Origin: a virus
Reading direction: 5' to 3' (one strand)
DNA: 64,000 nucleotides
IMG/VR virus record: IMGVR_UViG_3300036830_000392
Span: 4,848 to 68,847 of that record
Under the pieces are notes generated by a model that did no database searches, was not told the DNA's origin, and saw only the letters and a program-made list of their open reading frames with translations. The position numbers and the translations under genes are program-made. Position 1 is the first letter of the stretch, and each line of letters opens with the position of its first letter. Below are positions 62,937-64,000 of this stretch, piece by piece.

Positions 62937-63706
62937 CCGAGCACGCCCGTCAGATCGTCTTGTAGCGCGTCGATACCGACGCCGCTCGACTGCATGGTGA
63001 TTTTCACCGGCACCATGCCGCCGGGGTTCGGGATCGTGCCGTTGATGCGGATCGCGAAGAAGGCAGATCCGGTGCGCGTGGCCGTTCCTACCGGTGTCCC
63101 GTCGATAACGCCGGTCGTACCGCCGATATAGGCCCGGTAGGTGGCGGTGCCGCCTTGGGATGCCGCCAGGAAAGCGATGTTCAGCGTGATGGTGGTGCCG
63201 GTCATGGGGGTCAGGTCGGCGGTGAACTGCGACGTGAGCACCTCATTGCCGCTGTCATCGCCGTGCTGCTGGATGTCCACCAGCGGCACTAGGGGGATGC
63301 CGACAGCCGGCGATCCACCTGTATCACCGCCGCTGCCGCCACCAGCATCGCCACCGGTGGTGCTCAGCCCCTGCACGCCTACCAGGCCAAGCGCGATCAG
63401 CTCGTCGTTGCTCAGCCAGACGACGATCACTCGGTCGCCGAGGTCATCGGGCCCGGCGTCCGTGTCGGTGCCCCCGAGATCTGCGGCGACCAATCCGCCA
63501 ATTAGCAGCGAATATGGCGCCAGCATGTCTCCGCCCAGCAGCAATGGAACGCCGGTCACCAGTGTGACCTGATCCGCGTCCCTCACGATGTCGAACGTCC
63601 ATGACTCGGAGCGATCGTTGTAGCGCGCCTCGATCGTATGCTTCTCGTCGCCGAGCTGGGTGGTGAAGCTCCGCGCTGGGTCGGACGTAAATGGGAGGAC
63701 CAGCAT
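62933..63706 (-). CDS. Baseplate plug-like protein with an extra C-terminal domain
   Basis: RYNDRSESWTFDI...GVPLLLG.DML, then a Gly linker and a beta-rich domain. Confidence 0.7.
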   Translation of the reverse strand: MLVLPFTSDPARSFTTQLGDEKHTIEARYNDRSESWTFDIVRDADQVTLVTGVPLLLGGDMLAPYSLLIGGLVAADLGGTDTDAGPDDLGDRVIVVWLSNDELIALGLVGVQGLSTTGGDAGGGSGGDTGGSPAVGIPLVPLVDIQQHGDDSGNEVLTSQFTADLTPMTGTTITLNIAFLAASQGGTATYRAYIGGTTGVIDGTPVGTATRTGSAFFAIRINGTIPNPGGMVPVKITMQSSGVGIDALQDDLTGVLG

Positions 63707-64000
63707 CAGCCGCCCCCAGTAAGCATGCCGTGAATGTCACCGAGGCTCTTCCTCAGTATCGTCTGCTGTTTCGCCGGATCGGTTACCGGATTGCCGTTCC
63801 TTTCGCCGCCGACGATCAGTTTGCTCGCCTGATGCGTCGTCTTGCCCTGCGCGCGTGGCGTGTACGTCTTGGTCTCCGTGCTCACCCGGATCACCTCGCG
63901 CAAGGAGGCATGGAAGGACAAGATGCTCGCGCTGTCCTTGTCCTGTTCGGCCTCCAGGTTCGTGAACACCATGTTCTCGTAGAGCTTCAGGCCGGTTTGA
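63706..64000 (-). CDS. Dit-like baseplate/tube-initiator protein (5' end outside the window)
   Basis: TGLKLYENMVFTNL..QDK.S..L.F.ASLREV motif. Confidence 0.7.
   Translation of the reverse strand, partial: QTGLKLYENMVFTNLEAEQDKDSASILSFHASLREVIRVSTETKTYTPRAQGKTTHQASKLIVGGERNGNPVTDPAKQQTILRKSLGDIHGMLTGGG

Larger units (their letters stand above)
1..64000. mobile_element. Tailed bacteriophage (myovirus-type) genome segment, probably temperate, circularly permuted
   Basis: Terminase, portal, capsid, baseplate J, fibres, DnaB, tyrosine recombinase and endolysin are all present. No host housekeeping genes. Both ends fall inside the same minus-strand structural module. Confidence 0.97.

Noticed and set aside
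1-64000. tRNA, rRNA, CRISPR array, stop-codon reassignment or host-prophage junction
   Set aside because: None was seen by eye. Core genes are intact in the standard code and use all three stop codons.

Overview
The whole window is one GC-rich tailed-phage genome segment with a contractile-tail (myovirus-type) baseplate. No host genes, tRNA, rRNA or CRISPR array were seen. It looks circularly permuted: it starts in the neck genes and ends in the baseplate genes on the same strand, so sheath, tube and tape-measure genes probably lie outside the window. The host is inferred to be a myxobacterium (Myxococcota), from two myxobacterial-type Cys-rich sigma70-region-4 proteins and a GTGG/DAG-rich lipoprotein. 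Modules: head and neck (1-5825), a portal gene inverted relative to its neighbours (5920-7428, +), terminase, an extra fibre/appendage cluster (9633-13844), lipoprotein and protease morons, replication (initiator, DnaC-like, DnaB), two DNA methyltransferases, a tyrosine recombinase, recombination genes (YqaJ, putative annealase, SMC-like ATPase, HerA-like), a divergent early switch near 47 kb, scattered lysis genes, two tail fibres and the baseplate. The main finding is a promoter-like motif, WWYCTDGAG-N17/18-NANNNT, read by eye at 12 sites. It lies almost only in front of late/virion/lysis units on both strands, mostly 6-8 nt before the start codon (leaderless). One copy precedes a gene that fuses six CCHC zinc knuckles to a Cys-rich sigma4-like domain. 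Together these suggest an undescribed phage late-transcription system, which would also explain the fragmented, bidirectional late-gene layout. All family assignments are motif recognition by eye, not database searches. Several start codons were refined from the ORF track.
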